DNA of 64,000 nucleotides from Oculina patagonica (taxonomy: Eukaryota): NCBI RefSeq assembly GCF_052425735.1, contig NC_135766.1, positions 25,172,001 through 25,236,000 of the forward strand, given 5' to 3'. The translations under genes and the position numbers were made by a program. The notes under the pieces were generated by a model, which saw only the letters and a list, made by a program, of their open reading frames with translations, was not told where the DNA came from and did not search any database. Below are positions 25,465 to 40,100 of this stretch, one piece after another (position 1 is the stretch's first letter; every line of letters starts with the position of its first letter).

Positions 25465-27391
25465 ACCTATTCTGGCTTTTTCAAACTACCATTTATTACT
25501 GTATCACTTGAGGTTATGTCAGGGGCATGCAGGTTATGTTCATGACGCAGAAAAACTTGTGTGACGCCTCACTTACCGTCAGCGTCACATGAACATATAC
25601 AAAAAGCCGGGTCGCGGGACCCTTTTACCGCGTGATCCCGGCCGCGCGTTCTCCCCTAATATACGAGCGAAACAAGATTTGCCGAAACTAACCTGAGTAT
25701 AAGGCCTTCCTAAGGGGAGGGGGCTACCCCCGGCTTAGAAAAGCCTGATACTCAGGTTATGCCAAAAGGCTCTGTGACGTGTGACGGGTTGTGACAGGTA
25801 ACAAAATCTCCATAGTTCACTTTCTAAATCAGGTACCAAATGTGCTGCATCATAAAACGACAACAAATTTTATGCCTCGTGAGAGATAGGAATGTTTCAG
25901 GAAAAAAGCGCTTGAGGGTCGCATCGACATGACGCAGACGGTAGTGAGAGGATGGCTTTTATAACCTAAACTAGAAACTGACGGTATATTCAGTAATATC
26001 TCAAATATGACTGTAAACAGTGGTTAAAATTAGTTATACAAGGGTATATCTAAAGATCACTGAATACACCACTAGCCACGTCATGTCGTATGGACATGAC
26101 GCATGATTCCTGTCCCCACTGAGGCGTTAATTATTGCTTGTCATTATGATGCAAATTGCAAGTTATGACGCAAATGCGCGCTGCGCCGAGCCATGTCATT
26201 AGCATTTCACAATACGAACAAGTCGATCGGGCGATAGAACTGTGTAGCAAGCAACGAGTAAGGGCTAAAGATCTCAAAGCTGCTGGCGGAAATGGTATTA
26301 AGGCTACCTTTACGAGCTTGGAGATGGTATATGCAGTGTCTGGAAACACATCCATGGAAAACACAACTCATTTCGACAGGTTCGACTTTGAACTTTGAAT
26401 TCACACTAGTTATTAATTATTCAAACTTTTAGAGCCTCTCGCAGTACAGTATGCTGAGCAGAAGATCAAACATCTATCTTTAATGTGATACACTACTAAG
26501 ATCAAGAAGCCATACAGGCGAGATTTCCATTCTGATCTACAGAAAATCAGGCTTTAATTTTAAGTGCAACTCGCGTACACTATTCAAGCTTCCTTTGCAA
26601 TATTTAAAGAGCTTTAAAGTTATATTTTCAAGCCAATCGTGGCCATAAAACTTTACATAAGCTTACATTGTACACACCATTTTGCTGCCAATTTTTGGAG
26701 TAAGCTCCAGGTGTCAACTGTAGCCGTAGCTGATTTATTTGGCTTCTTATGACCTGTGATTGCGTCTATAGATAACTTCGATGTTGATCTTTCGATGTAA
26801 ATTTACATAAATACGATTGACAGAGGCCGGCGCGAACCCGAAAAGTAAGGATGGGCCAAATCCAATCGTCAGCTTGTCTCTGATACTGACATTCTAGGTT
26901 AACGTTTAAATCCTCAATTTCCACTGAAAAAAAAAACTTTTGAGCCTTCTTGTCTCAACGTTTGTTCGATGCGAAGATGCCGCTGTTACGCAGTGTTGCA
27001 GGTTTTTGTAGACTCCTTTTGTTTTGGGGGCTAGGAGCATTGTCCCTGTTGTTTGTTCTGTTGTTCTTTCGAAAGACGGCGAGCCAGCCATGTTAGGCCA
27101 CTCGTAGGAAAATTTCACATCCTTTAAAGAAGAGTTTGCATAACGTTTTGTAATACTAGTAGCTACTAGTGCTGTACATACAGCGTTTTCATGCTTTCAA
27201 ACGAGAATAGTAACGCTATGTAACGCAATACAATTCACTTAGGTAACGCAATACACTGGAAAATTCCTCTGCGCAATCTGTCAAGCACACTGGAAAGGGT
27301 GCTTGACAGATTGCGCAGTTTCTTGAAGGGAATGCTGTTCGAACAATTGTGCATTTGCAAGTATTTCAATGTATTTTCGTTTTATTTGCAG

Positions 27392-27885
27392 GGGCCCTTC
27401 TCGGAGCCGGAGATTTTATTGCGCAACAGTTTGTCGAAAAAGTCCCATTGCGAGATCACGATTTCGTGCGGACAGCTCGCATGACAGCCATCGGAACTGT
27501 GGTAATCGGCCCAATATTCCACGTTTGGTATTCCAAACTCGACAAACGTTTTGTTCACAAAACTCCAGGAAATGCAATGAAGAAAATGACAGTTGATCAG
27601 AGCATTCTAGCACCAGTGTTTCTCGTTTTATTTTACGGAGCTGTAGGTGTTGTGGAACGGCGCACGATCAAACAAATTGGCGACAAGATCTACGAGGAAT
27701 TTTATCCCAACATGGTAGTAAACTACAAGGTCTGGCCTGCTATACAGTTCTTGAACTTCTATCTGTTTCCAGCGCATCTACGGGTATTGGTTGTAAATTT
27801 TGCGTCACTTTTTTGGAACACTTACCTGTCATGGACTTCGCATAAGGAACTGCCGGAACATTTGACGCAGTCCTGTACGGAGTAG
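27392..27885 (+). CDS. MPV17: Mpv17/PMP22-family mitochondrial inner-membrane protein, main exon; first coding exon not located
   Basis: GDFIAQQFVE, RTARM, KKMTVDQ, NYKVWPAIQFLNFYLFP and WNTYLSW motifs. Phase-1 acceptor ttttatttgcag at 27391. Confidence 0.85.
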
Positions 27886-30244
27886 TGATTAGTAGTTACG
27901 TGGTATCATCCTCGTCCCTCGGGACGCGTACCCGCCCAGTGTTGGTTCTTCGCTGTCAATTTTCAGCGCGAAGCTGAATCAAACAGAAAACCATTGATTT
28001 AAGAAAAGATAGTGAGAATGGGGATGGATTGAGACATGGACAAATGTAAATGCCGAACATGATATTTCTTTAAGAAATTTACTCTGACCTTTCTCTCTTT
28101 CTGCCTCCGTTTTTCTCACCACCACCCCCCCCCCCCCCCCCCCCTCTCCACCGCCGAGGAGGACCGGGAAGGAACCCATCCTCAGGCCAAACTGACTGGC
28201 ACGAAAACTAAGGCGGGGGACGTGATCGTGAGTCGAACCTGGATGACAGAACCGCCCCCGGTATCTTCGGATGCAGTCTTATGTATGCAGTGTTTCAACA
28301 AGCCATATAAAAATGTATATGACTGTATAATTTTATGACTTTTATGCCTTTGTTTATTTTATTTATCGCTGGAAATAAAGAACATTTTGAGTTTATGTGC
28401 GTTTAGTTCGTTTTATTTTTTCAACATGACAGTAAAACGTCAACCAGACTCGTCTCTGGCACGAGGGCTCAAAAGAATTTTCGGGCAGTTGCCGGTCATG
28501 TTGACCGGCCATACAAATTTAAGCTCAGTCACATGTCGGTTGTTTCTGACCGAACAAAATATTGGAAATATTAATTACAGTACAATAGAATAGAACACAA
28601 TATTTTTTTTTACCCGCGCAGCATTTAGGAGCGTGACGCTCGTTAAAATTAAAAAAAATATCCTGTCACATCTTTCCTTTTCAACGAGGAAAATTCCGAG
28701 TTGTATTGAGCGGAGTCAATTTCACTATCATTTCCTGTTCAACATAGGCAAGCAATGCGTGCAAGAGTTTGAACGCCTCTAATTAGACCTGTCCGGTAAC
28801 GTGTGTGTGTTGAAGTGTTGAAGCGATACTTTTTTCTTTCTGGAACTGAGTGAATCGAAGTGAAATGAAGTGTGTAAAGTTCAAAATGATTTGTTTTGGC
28901 AAATCTTAATTTGTCAGTTTGCGGTTTTCTATTTTCGTTTCATATTTTCCGGGTTCAGTGCCTAATATCCACATGTGCACTTTTTTGTTTGATGTGAGAT
29001 CAAATTAGGTCCCTTGAACACGGACCAATGCATTCTCCTTTTTTTTGCGTTGAACGCCCTAATATTTTGCAGGTTTGGGAACGAATTTGCGCTATATTTT
29101 CCCCTATTTTATTTTTTTTTATTTATTTTTAAATACAATTTACCTGTCACCTGTTCTTTTTCCGTGATGGCGAAGTGAAAACCCAAGCCACAGGCGAAGG
29201 TTCTAGAAGTCATTCGAGGAAGCAAAATACTAGCCTGCGTTGCAGTACGAACAAAAATTCGGTATAGTGCACGCACTATACCGAAGTTTTATTTCTTTTA
29301 CAAAATAAAAAAACGGGGGGACTATTTTATTTGCGCGCGCATAAACATTTTTTCGCGTTATGTAACACGTACTGCTAACCGATATGTGGAATTTATTCCG
29401 TACTTTGAAAATAACATCTTTTTTATGAGAATGATACTAGCGCTAGAATATCAGATATTGTATGACCTCTTTTCTTTCCGTTTTAACAATCTGTAAGTAT
29501 TTCAAAATTGAGTTTTCGTTAAAAAAATAATATTAGTCCTTAAGTTTACAGCATCAAAAAATATGGTGAAGCTTCAAGTTGCCTCTGCGTTCATATTGCA
29601 ACGAGAGACAATTTAAGACAATAGAGAGATAGATGAAAATGCATACCGATATATAAAGAAACCTACGCCTGGGGATTAAAAATTCGCTTCGGGTACCCGC
29701 ATTTAAAGTCAGGAGACCTGTTATGAATAATAGGTAGAATTGAGCCATGCGCCAATGTGGGAATTTCGTAATAACGTAGTATTTAAGCTTTGCTGCACGT
29801 TCGGAATTTGCAAGTTTGATTATAATTCAGAATTAATTAGACCATTTTTATTCGTCCATGCGCACCTTGGCCAACTTGTAATTTAAAATTTCGCAACCGA
29901 CTTTTAGTTCGCTTAAAGTGAAACCTTTGGACAAAGTTAGATCCATTTTCGTTAACTTCACGGATCTTCCGCCAACCACGAGTAAACGAATCCGCTTTTA
30001 GAGGACTCAGCGAGTTTAGCTTGGACATTGAGCATGCAAGAACTCCGCTTTCAGAAACAAGCTTCTTAACTGAAGTTGCATGTTTACCCGATGAAACCGA
30101 AACTTTGCTTGGCAGGTAAGAGAACGTTCTTTTAACGGCGTAATTTACGCAATGTGGTTTTCAGAGCTGTCCGGCATTTCAGCTAGTAACTGTACCATTC
30201 CTAAGTGGTTGCCGAAAACCGCTCTGAAGGACAAATACATTTTA

Positions 30245-33070
30245 CTTTATTTTCAGAAAATCTTTGGATGTTTGGAAACACTTTGGATGTAGCCAGCAAG
30301 TTAAGGACAGGAAAGGCCAATGTTCACCTTATTGAGGTAGCTTAATAAACGGAAGAATTTAGAACTCTTGCATGTCTTATATAATAACCAAATAGATTAA
30401 ATTTTGTTTTGAGCGAGTAAGAACAGGACTATTTCTGAACATTTTTACGTGGTCTACACAAAGTTATCGGTAAAGCTATTTAAAGAGCCAGTAAAGGAAA
30501 CAATCTTTCTTCTTTTCAAAGCCGTCGACGTCCTTTCTTCGTGTTGTTCCCAGAATCACTTTAGCTACCGAACTGCACCATTAGACAATAGACATTTCTC
30601 TTATTTTTTCAGACCTTTAGATACACGGTTGCCAAATTTAAAGAATGTGGCCACATGCTCAGATAGGACAGGAAATGCAATGGAACATTCCCGTCTTTTG
30701 GAAGTAAAGTAAGTGTAGCTTATTAGCATTTAGCTCAAGTAAAATTTTATTTGAGAATTTAGAAAAGGACTATTTTGGAACATTTTTACGTGCACAAACA
30801 ATAACTTGATAAACACAATCTTAGAAACGTAACTGTGGCTCTTATTTAAAGCGCCAGCGAAAACTCGATCGCCCGACATCTACTCGTGTGGTTCTCAGAA
30901 TCGTCAGCATTTACGCTCCTGAACTGCCGGCCATTTTGACAACTGTTCGTAAAAAAAGAAGAACTTTTTTTAGCAGTTTTGCGTGTCTAAACAATACGTT
31001 TAAGCTTACTTCAGAATAATAACTAAAAGCTGTACAGTAATAGAAATGCCAAGCAAAACCCCAACATTTCCACCTTTAATAAAGCGTGTCATTTCTTCGA
31101 GTGGTTCTCAGAATCCTCAGCATTTTAGCTAGTGAACTGCACTATTCCTAATCGGGACCCGATAATTTTTGGTGTACAGGAGATATCTCTGATCTCCTAT
31201 ATTTTTTTATTTTTCAGAAAGTCTTTGGATAAAGCATAGTTAACTATGGATAAAGTTATCAAGTTCAAGAATGGGGTCACAGATAAGACAGCAATGGCAA
31301 AGACAAAATGAATGCCCGCTTTTTGAGGTAGCAGAATTTAAAACTCTTATCTTATATAATCACAAATAGATTAAATTGTGTTTTGAGTTTTAAGAACTGG
31401 ACTATTTCTGAACATTCATTCGTTTCTACACAATATATAGGTAAAGCTAAACTTAAAATAGCAACTTGGGCTCTACAATAATTTAACCCTCGGACGTACA
31501 AGCAAATTAATACCCCCGCCATCACACAAAGGGGGGAGGGGGGGGGGGGTTACTAAGGGTTAAATAAAGGGTCACGCCAAAAATGTGCTGTTGCGCTGTC
31601 GTTGCCGTAGTCTGATTACTCACCTTCTGATAAGGTAGGATCATATCCGCGGATGATCGGCTGCACTGTTCCGCATTGTGCGTAGTGACATGAATGCATT
31701 AGCGTAGCAAATTACGATTGTGCAGCGAATTGCATGGTCAGGATTGTCATGAAACTTCCTGATACAAAACTTAGAGCTCTGAGGCTTATTTGCTAAGTTT
31801 AGGAGAAATCTGTCGTCGGGTTTAAATTTATGGACATTTTTTGCAAAAACTAGATTTTAAAAAATGTTCATCCAAGCTTTATTCCGACTAAAAATCGAAT
31901 GCCATTTTCCGAAAAATTCGAACATTTTTCATTCAGGACGCAAAAATTCGAAAAATCCGTGAAATCTTTCCTGCCAAAAAGGGCGATTCAAAAATTCAAC
32001 TATCACGTAAATAAATAGGTTCGGGCCACCTTAACCGCAGAACCGTCAGCATTTCATCGCTATAAAGTGCACCAAATTTTGGTGGACAATTCTTGGTTTT
32101 CATGTTACGTCATAAAATTCTGAAATCAAAATTCACTAGGTGTACTAAATTTTACTAAATTGTCATTAAACGTAAGATAAACTAAAAAAATATCTTTTTG
32201 CAAATTTCCAGATCGATAGTGTCATTCGTTTTTTTAAACAGGCCATTTTGAATATTTGAGTTCTCCGTCGTATGTGACATCAAGCTGAGTGCCGCGACAA
32301 AGCTGTTTTGTTTGAAAAAGGCCTTTCCTTTCCATCAGTTCAGCAGATTGAACATTTTAGATATAATAAGTTGTGTTTATGTGAAACTGTACTAGCTCAT
32401 AAGCCAAAGATTGCCGCTGTTGTAAACAGAATTGAGTTCCAGATGGTTTCTCCGACATCACAGCGGCCATATTTGTGTCCCTCGAAAGGACACAGGTATG
32501 GCATCTCCATACTAAGCTTTACAAATTTGCGTGGAAAGGTTCGGCGAATAACACGCGAATGGTACACCGCACAGACCTGAAACTTAAAGAAATTGTTTAT
32601 CTATTTATCGTCTTTAATATTAAAAATTCATAGCTTCTGTAGTTGAATGGTTTCGAATTTATTTTTTGATTGCGTAACAGTGAAAACCAGCAATAGACAT
32701 TTTCAAGAGAATATTATCGTGACATTTCTCTTATTTTTTCAGAAGATCTCTGGATACAGTCTGTACCAAGTTCAAGTATGTGGCCAGAGATAAGACAGGA
32801 AAGGCAATGAAAAATGTCCGCATAGCTCATATAGAGGTAAGTTAACATTAAGCACTCTTGTCTTATATAGCGGCTTTAATATATAATGATCAAATAGATT
32901 AAATTTATCTTGAAACTTAATAACAGGACTATATTAATTATTGTTTTTGCGTGTCTAAATAAAAACACTGTAAAGCTTATTTCAGAATAGTAACTAGGTC
33001 TCTTCTCTCATTTTTTTCAGGAGATCTTTGGCGACAGTCACCAAGTGCAAGACTGATGCTCAGGTAACAA
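30245..33070 (+). repeat. Five diverged exon-intron-like repeat units
   Basis: Recurrent ttattttttcag-[..TCTTTGGAT..GACAGGAAAGGC..GAG]-gta units near 30250, 30605, 31210, 32735 and 33015. Confidence 0.55.
32092..32695. mobile_element. MITE-like element; related sequence at ~16585-17000
   Basis: Imperfect TIR TGGTTTTCA-TGTTACGTCATAAAA / TTTTGATTGCGTAACAGTGAAAACCA. Confidence 0.5.
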
Positions 33071-33499
33071 CTCGTTTTTGTAAAATCCTGGATCAATGCC
33101 AAAACAAGCTAAGCTAAGAACGTAATCCCAAGCTGGGTGAAGGGTTTCGTGCGTTCCACTTGGTGCTTGTCTACCTGCACGCTCCCGAGGAGGTTGCAGG
33201 TGGGGGCAAGCTGCTATGCCACCTTCCTGGAATCCCACCCTTTGCGATTGCACGTGGGTGCGCGAGTCAGGTCTACGAGTCAACTCAGATCTGGGTAGCA
33301 GAGTGGTGGTTAAGGCTGATAATTATTTTTCAGTTGGTGGCAGTGACCATTGCAGTCACTCACTGTCTGTAACCTCCAGAGGACTGCCTGTAGTTTAAGC
33401 CGGGATTACATATTGTCTGTCTAGTCGTTGCATCCAATTATCTTAACGAAATGAATGATCTGGGTTTTTTGAGAACGGGTTGTAAATATATTGTAAGAA

Positions 33500-36100
33500 C
33501 ATTGTGGGATTCAAACCCACAAGCTTCAGGTTATAAGTCCACTGCTCTACCATCTAAGCTACAGAGATATGATGGGAATAGAGCGTGAGTGATTTCCAGT
33601 TGATTCACTCAGAAAAATGCCTGTAGATGATTCTAAAATGAAAGTAAAAACAGATGGGGTTCGAACCCACGAACTACAGGTTCACTGCTCTACCATCTGA
33701 GCTACAATGCCATGATGGGAATAGAGCGTGAGTGATTCCCAGTTGTTTCACTCAGAACTATGCCTGAAGATGACTCTAAACCATATAGATTGTAGATCCT
33801 GACCACTGAAAGAATTTAATAGCTTAGTGGCGTGGGATTCCAACCCACGAACTTCACATTACAGGTCCACTGCTCTACCATCTGAGCTACAATGCCACGA
33901 TGGGAATAGAGCGTAAGTGATTCCCAGTTGTTTCACTCATTTATATGCCTGAGGATAATTTTAAATTAAAATACACAATTAATCCTGACCGCATAAAAAA
34001 ATTCAGTCGCTTAGCTGGGATTCGAACCCACACCACATCAGGTTTACTGCTCTACCATCTAAGCTACAGCGCTACGATGGGAAAAGCGCATGAGTGAATC
34101 TCATTCGATTCACTCATTTGTATGCCACAGAATGGTTATGAACTTAAATACACTGTTAAATCTGACCATTGACAAGAAAGCGACCTTAGGTGGGGTTTAA
34201 AGGCGTTTGATCGCTCTATTAATAAACAATTATTCCACTCGCGCTTCTTGGATGTGAAACGACCATAGTCGGTCATCTCACATTCAAGAGTTTGCGCGTT
34301 TGTGGAATAATTGTTAAGGATACTAACTTGTTAGTTATGAATTACATCAGACAGGAAAAAGACCGTGGCTGCCCGCCAAACTGTTATGAAGGGTAAAGTA
34401 TAAATGTATAAATGACTATGAAGTGTGATTGTAAGTTCATTGTGGGATTCCAACCCACAAGCTTCAGGTTGTAGGTCCACTGCTCTACCATCTAAGCTAC
34501 CGTGCTATTATGGGAATAGAGTGTGAGTGATTCCCAGTTGTTTCACTCAGAACTATGCCTGAAGATGACTCTAAACCATATAGATTGTAGATCCTGACCA
34601 CTGAAAGAATTTAACAGCTTAGTGGCGTGGGATTCCAACCCACGAACTTCACATTACAGGTCCACTGCTCTACCATCTGAGCTACAGTGCCATGATGGGA
34701 ATAGAGCGTGAGTGATTCCCAGTTGTTTCACTCATTTATATGCCTGAGGATAATTCTAAATTAAAATACACAATTAATCCTGACCGCTTAAAAAAATTCA
34801 GTCGCTTAGGTGGGATTCGAACCCACACCACATCAGGTTTACTGCTCTACCATCTAAGCTACAGAGCTACGATGGGAAAAGTACATGAGTGAATCTCATT
34901 CGATGCACTCATTTGTATGCCATAGAATTGTTATGAACTTAAATATACTGTTAAATCTGGCCACTGAAAAGAAAGGGGTTTAAAGGCGTTTGATCGCTCT
35001 ATTAATAAACAATTATTCCACTCGCGCTTCTTGGATGTGAAACGACCATAGTCGGTCATCTCACATTCAAGAGATTGTGCGTTTATGGAATAATTGTAAG
35101 GTATACTAACTTGTTAGTTATGAATTATTAGGACAGGAAAAAGACCGTGGCTTCCCTCCAGACTGTTATGGTAAAGTATGAATGTAAATGACTAAGTAGT
35201 TTGAATGAAGTTGTTTTTTGGGTTTTTCTCCAACATTTTCAAATTCCAATTCGATCTGGATAGAGGACCCGCATGAAAACCAGTTATGTCTGATGTGGCT
35301 TCCTCTCTAAATTGCGGCCTTTGTTTCTTCCGTCTGACCTCATGGCACAGAGCCAGTGCCAGTGTGACTGCCATGCGAGTGCTTGTGAAGACATGAACCC
35401 CTGCCAGTGCTAACGCACGAACCTGAGCGTGTGCCTGTGTCCATTTGGTCAGAGAACGAACTGGCTTTATGTCAGTTGGACTGAAGTATCAAAATAAGAA
35501 TACAAAATACTAGATATGGCTAAATAACGTATTTAGATAAGATCAGATCAACGGGTTATACTTATCAGTGAAAAAGAAAGGCTGGGATTCGAACCCATAA
35601 CCATCAGGTTACAGGTCCATTGCCTTACCATGGCGTGATTAAATTCCATCATGAGTGATTCACTCATTTATATTTAATACTTAACTTAAAACACTGCAGT
35701 GACCACTGAAAAATGTTCAGTGGCTTACCGTAGGTGGGATTCCAACCCACGATACTTGGGTTACAGGTCCACTGCTCTACCATCTGAGCTACAGAGCCAT
35801 GATGGGAATAGAGCGTGAGTGATTCGCAGTTGATTAACTCATTTATAAATGTGTGATGATGTCTCTGAACTAAAATACCCTGTAAATCCTGACCACTGAA
35901 AAGAAAGCGACTTAGGTGGGATTGAAGGCGTTCGATTGCTTTAGTAAAACAATTATTCCACTTACGTTGTTCAGTGTTGGATATGAGATGATTATATATA
36001 GCCGGCCTTCTCTTATTGAACGCGCGCTCTTGTGGAATAATTGTTAGGAATACTAACTCGTTTTTTTATTATTGTTTACATTAGACAGGAAGACCGTGAT
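33500..36100 (-). repeat. Tandem array of tRNA-derived units with ~795-bp higher-order duplication
   Basis: At least nine units read on the minus strand as TAGCTCAGATGGTAGAGCAGTGGACCTGTAA...GTGGGTT(C/G)GAATCCCAC. 33715-34420 is repeated at 34510-35190. Confidence 0.85.
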
Positions 36101-36117
36101 ACAACAACCATGTTAAA

Positions 36118-36172
36118 AGTTCTATTCTATTCTATTCTATTCTATTCTATTCTATTCTATTCTATTCTATTC
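36118..36172 (+). repeat. (TTCTA)n microsatellite
   Basis: Direct observation. Confidence 0.9.
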
Positions 36173-37148
36173 CAGAAAGTATGGCCATGTTAGACCATGG
36201 TAGAATAAAATAAAAATCTAGAAAATAATGGTCATGTATTAATTGAGGTTATGTAGGTTCATGTATGACTATGTCAGGCAGAAACAGGGTAAAATTAAAA
36301 TCTGGTAATCATGTAAGGGTCATGTATCACTCCGCAAGGTTATATATGTAGGTCCATGTATGACAATGAATGGCTATGCAACTCGTCTATAAATAACGTT
36401 CATGTAAGACTCTTCATGTGTCACCATGATTCACGCCTTCCCTTCTATCAATTCGGTGCTGGGTCTTGTTTTAGTTTTTTTTCAGATCCTGTTCAGAGAA
36501 TTGGTATCGTTTATGTTATTAACATATTTCATACAATTCGTTTTCTCAGATTTATTGTTGAATTGTTATCCATTTTATTTTATAGTTTGTTGTCGCTGTT
36601 GTTGTTGTCGTTGCTGCTGCTGCTGCTGTTTGCCATGGGTGTATAAATTTTACAGATATTAATGTAGATAAATAGGACTTTTATTTCCAGGCTTGAGTTT
36701 ATTTCGGCGAGCTTCACTTCCTATGATAAAAAATAAGCAAACTTATTTCCGTTAGAGAAACTACTGGAAGCGGACATTACTTGTGTTCCAACAATGGTTT
36801 ACGCCTTAATTTTTGCCCCTGAATCGCTTGCTACGCTCGCGCGGGAATCGCTCTTTTCATGTGGCCGTCCCTAAATTATGGAACGATCTTCCAAGTGGAA
36901 TAAGAAACATAGCATCTGTACAAAGTTTCAAGAAAGCTATCTGAAGACCATTTTATTTTCGGAAGCTTTTTAAATGTACATTTTTTTTTATATCTATATA
37001 CATTTTACGCCTATCATTTTTCTACCTTGTGAATTTAGCTTTATATATGTTGTGAATTTAAAATTTTAACTTTAGCTCTTTTTTTCCAATGATATTGTAA
37101 TGCGCAATTGAAAATTCCTGAATTGATAATTGCTCAATAGAAGTTAAC

Positions 37149-37194
<46 letters not shown>

Positions 37195-40100
37195 AACATT
37201 ACTTATCATATAGTCTCACATTTGCACATCTACTCATTAAAAACGCGTTAATCACATTTACATACAATGCCTACTTACAAATCCGAACTACTAGCATCAA
37301 GCAGCATGTTTGTTTATTCGATTAAATTGCGAGAAAGCAATTATAAATGATCGAATCCTCCGATCCAAGTCCAGACACATTGGGACTAGGAAAGAAGCGG
37401 ACTTTAAAATCGTCGCCACCAAGCAATCTTCGGAAAGCTTCGAAAATATTCGGCAGCATCCGTAAATGGTATTACTAAACAGCTCTGAATATATTCAAAC
37501 CTCGAAAAAATCTTTGGACTTCCGGTGTCTCTGACTTCGGAAAGCTTCGGACGTTTACCGAACATCTTCGAAAATCTCAGAACATATTCGATTACGTCGG
37601 AGACATCTTCGGTGTTCCGGTTTCTCTGACTTCGGAAAGCTTCGGACATCGTTTGTATCGAACATCTCAGAATATATTTTAAAAAAGTTAGAAAACTTTT
37701 TTGTGTGCTCTAAAGACAAAAACAAATACTCATGTATCACTTTATTAGGAAATGTAGGTCTATTTATCACAATGTATGGCTATGTAACTCATGTATAACT
37801 GTAAATGATTATGTAGGTCTGTGTTTGGTATAGTGATTATGATTTGCTGACAAAACCACGGGTGCATACATGCCTTTGTTTTTATCTTTCTTTCTTTCTT
37901 TTTTTAGATCTTTTTCAGGTCTGGTTCAGGAAACTGGTATACTTTATTTTATTTTGTAACTTCATTCAGTCTCAGTTTTCTTGTTGTTAATAGCCCAATT
38001 TCGATATATTAAAATTCAGCCTAAAACAATAGACCTCAGGACGAGGCTGCGGGGACTAAAGTATAGAGTTTGTGGAGAGTTTGCGGAGCCTCGTTGTGAT
38101 GTCTATTGTTTTAGGCTGAATTTTAAAATATCGAAATTGGGCTATTGTTATTCATTAAATAGTTTCAGTGTTTTCGCTGTTGTTGTTGCTGCTGTTTGCC
38201 AGGAGTTAATTTTAAAATACATCATCTTAACGTTGCATAGGACGGAAGGCATGATATACAAGTACACTTATTGGGTAGATTACACTTTCTCAAAGTCCTT
38301 CGACGCGCGGTTTAGGTATGTCACACGACGCTTTGTTCGGTACGCTCCGGGGGTACGCTTCCCTAAGAGGGCGACTTGGTGCAAGTCTATGGGTAGATGA
38401 AAAGCATTTTTACTTTTCCAGGATACAGTCCATAAGTAATCTTACTTATCTGAAGAAATCGTTCACAGAGTCTCACATGACCCACATGCAGTGCACATCT
38501 GCTAATTGTAAACGTCTACAACACTAGTTTGCACAAGCCAACTTCCAACGCCTGTCTCACAAATCCAAACTACTAGCTCCTTAACTTAGCAGCATGTTTG
38601 TTTATTCGATTTAATTTAGAGAAAAAAATCTATAGATAATCGAATCCTCCAAACCGAGTACAGATGCAATGTGGGGCTGGGCACGATCATTGCCAAAGCA
38701 ATCTTCGGAAAGCTTCGGACACCTTCGGCAGCGTCCGAACATCGTATACGTAAACTGAGCATCTCAGAATTGCATCCGAAAAACGTTGGAAACATCTTCG
38801 GAATTCCTGGTACTCTGAGGGGTATCGAGTGGTCTTTGCGAGCATTGACAAGCATGCGAGCAGAGCGTTTTTCTTTGCGAGCACGAGCATTGAAAAAAGT
38901 TAACCTTGCGAACAACGAGCACTTTTCAAAAAGCTACCTCCACTAAAAACCGAGCATGCGAGCGCTTGTAAAAATTTGTGACCACGAGCAAACGAGACCT
39001 CACTAAAATTTTGCGAGCATTGCGAGTAGAAGCCTAATTTTGCAAGCACTGCGAAATTTTGATGCACCATTCAAAAAAGGCTTGTGCAACCATTTTGCAA
39101 CAATCCAACTTTAACGTACATATCAAATTTTAATTTCAAATTATTTAAATTCAATATTACTCACGGTTTATTATTTCTTGGTAGGAACTGATACATAAAA
39201 ACAATGATATTGTAAATGGTGCCAATATGGACTCTTAAGGACAAGCGAATGTTAGTTCAAGTACAAACGGAAATGTCATTATAGCGGTCTGTCTGTGACT
39301 GAAATTCATACATTTTGTATTGAGTCATGATAGGTGTTGGTGTTTTTTATGAACTGTTCTTGTTTGTAAAAGTTATTTTATAATTAACTCATGTAACCCT
39401 GAAACTCTCATTATTATCGTTGACAACGCTGATTGCTCTAAAAAAATAAAAACAGTATCTGATAAACTCAGAAAAGACGTGATGATCTTGAAAGACGAAA
39501 TGATAACGAAACTTGCGTCTGTTCAATATCGAAAACTGAAAAAATGTCAATCGGCATTTTGAAAAAAAAAGTATATTGCGCTTTAAGTTGTCGAGTGTTA
39601 ATATTTGTTCACAAAACGGCGAATAACACGCACATACATCTATTGAAAACAAAATGTTATTGTTGTACTTTCCTGCTCAATTTCTTTGTGATAACAGCCT
39701 GATATTATGCCTCTAGCTATAACCGATGTTAGTCTTTGCAGGCACAGTAAAACCCCATGAGTGTAAATTTGTGCGAGATAACCACTCCCTTGAGTCTTCT
39801 TCGTTGTATACCAACGAGATTAGTGCTACACTGATGGTCAGAAGACGAATTACGTATCTGTGAAGCTATAGTACCGAGTGTTGTTTGGGAGCCAGAAATA
39901 TAATCTTCCCTTTCTCTTATCTCCCGAAACCGCTTATTTTCCTTTCCCGTCAGGGATCGTACTGAGCGGGAAGATCAGTGAAAGTAACTTCTCGCGATTC
40001 ATTATAATTACTATTTAGTTAGAGTCAAATTGTACAGTGAAGAAAGCTAGCACTTTAGAAACAAAACGAGAGCAAAGGTTTCACTGCTATAAGAGACCAA

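Noticed and set aside
33038-33398. GC-richer segment with short ORFs
   Set aside because: No recognisable motif in any frame examined.
33500-36100. Functional tRNA-Tyr gene cluster
   Set aside because: Acceptor and anticodon stems do not pair, so these are tRNA-derived repeats.
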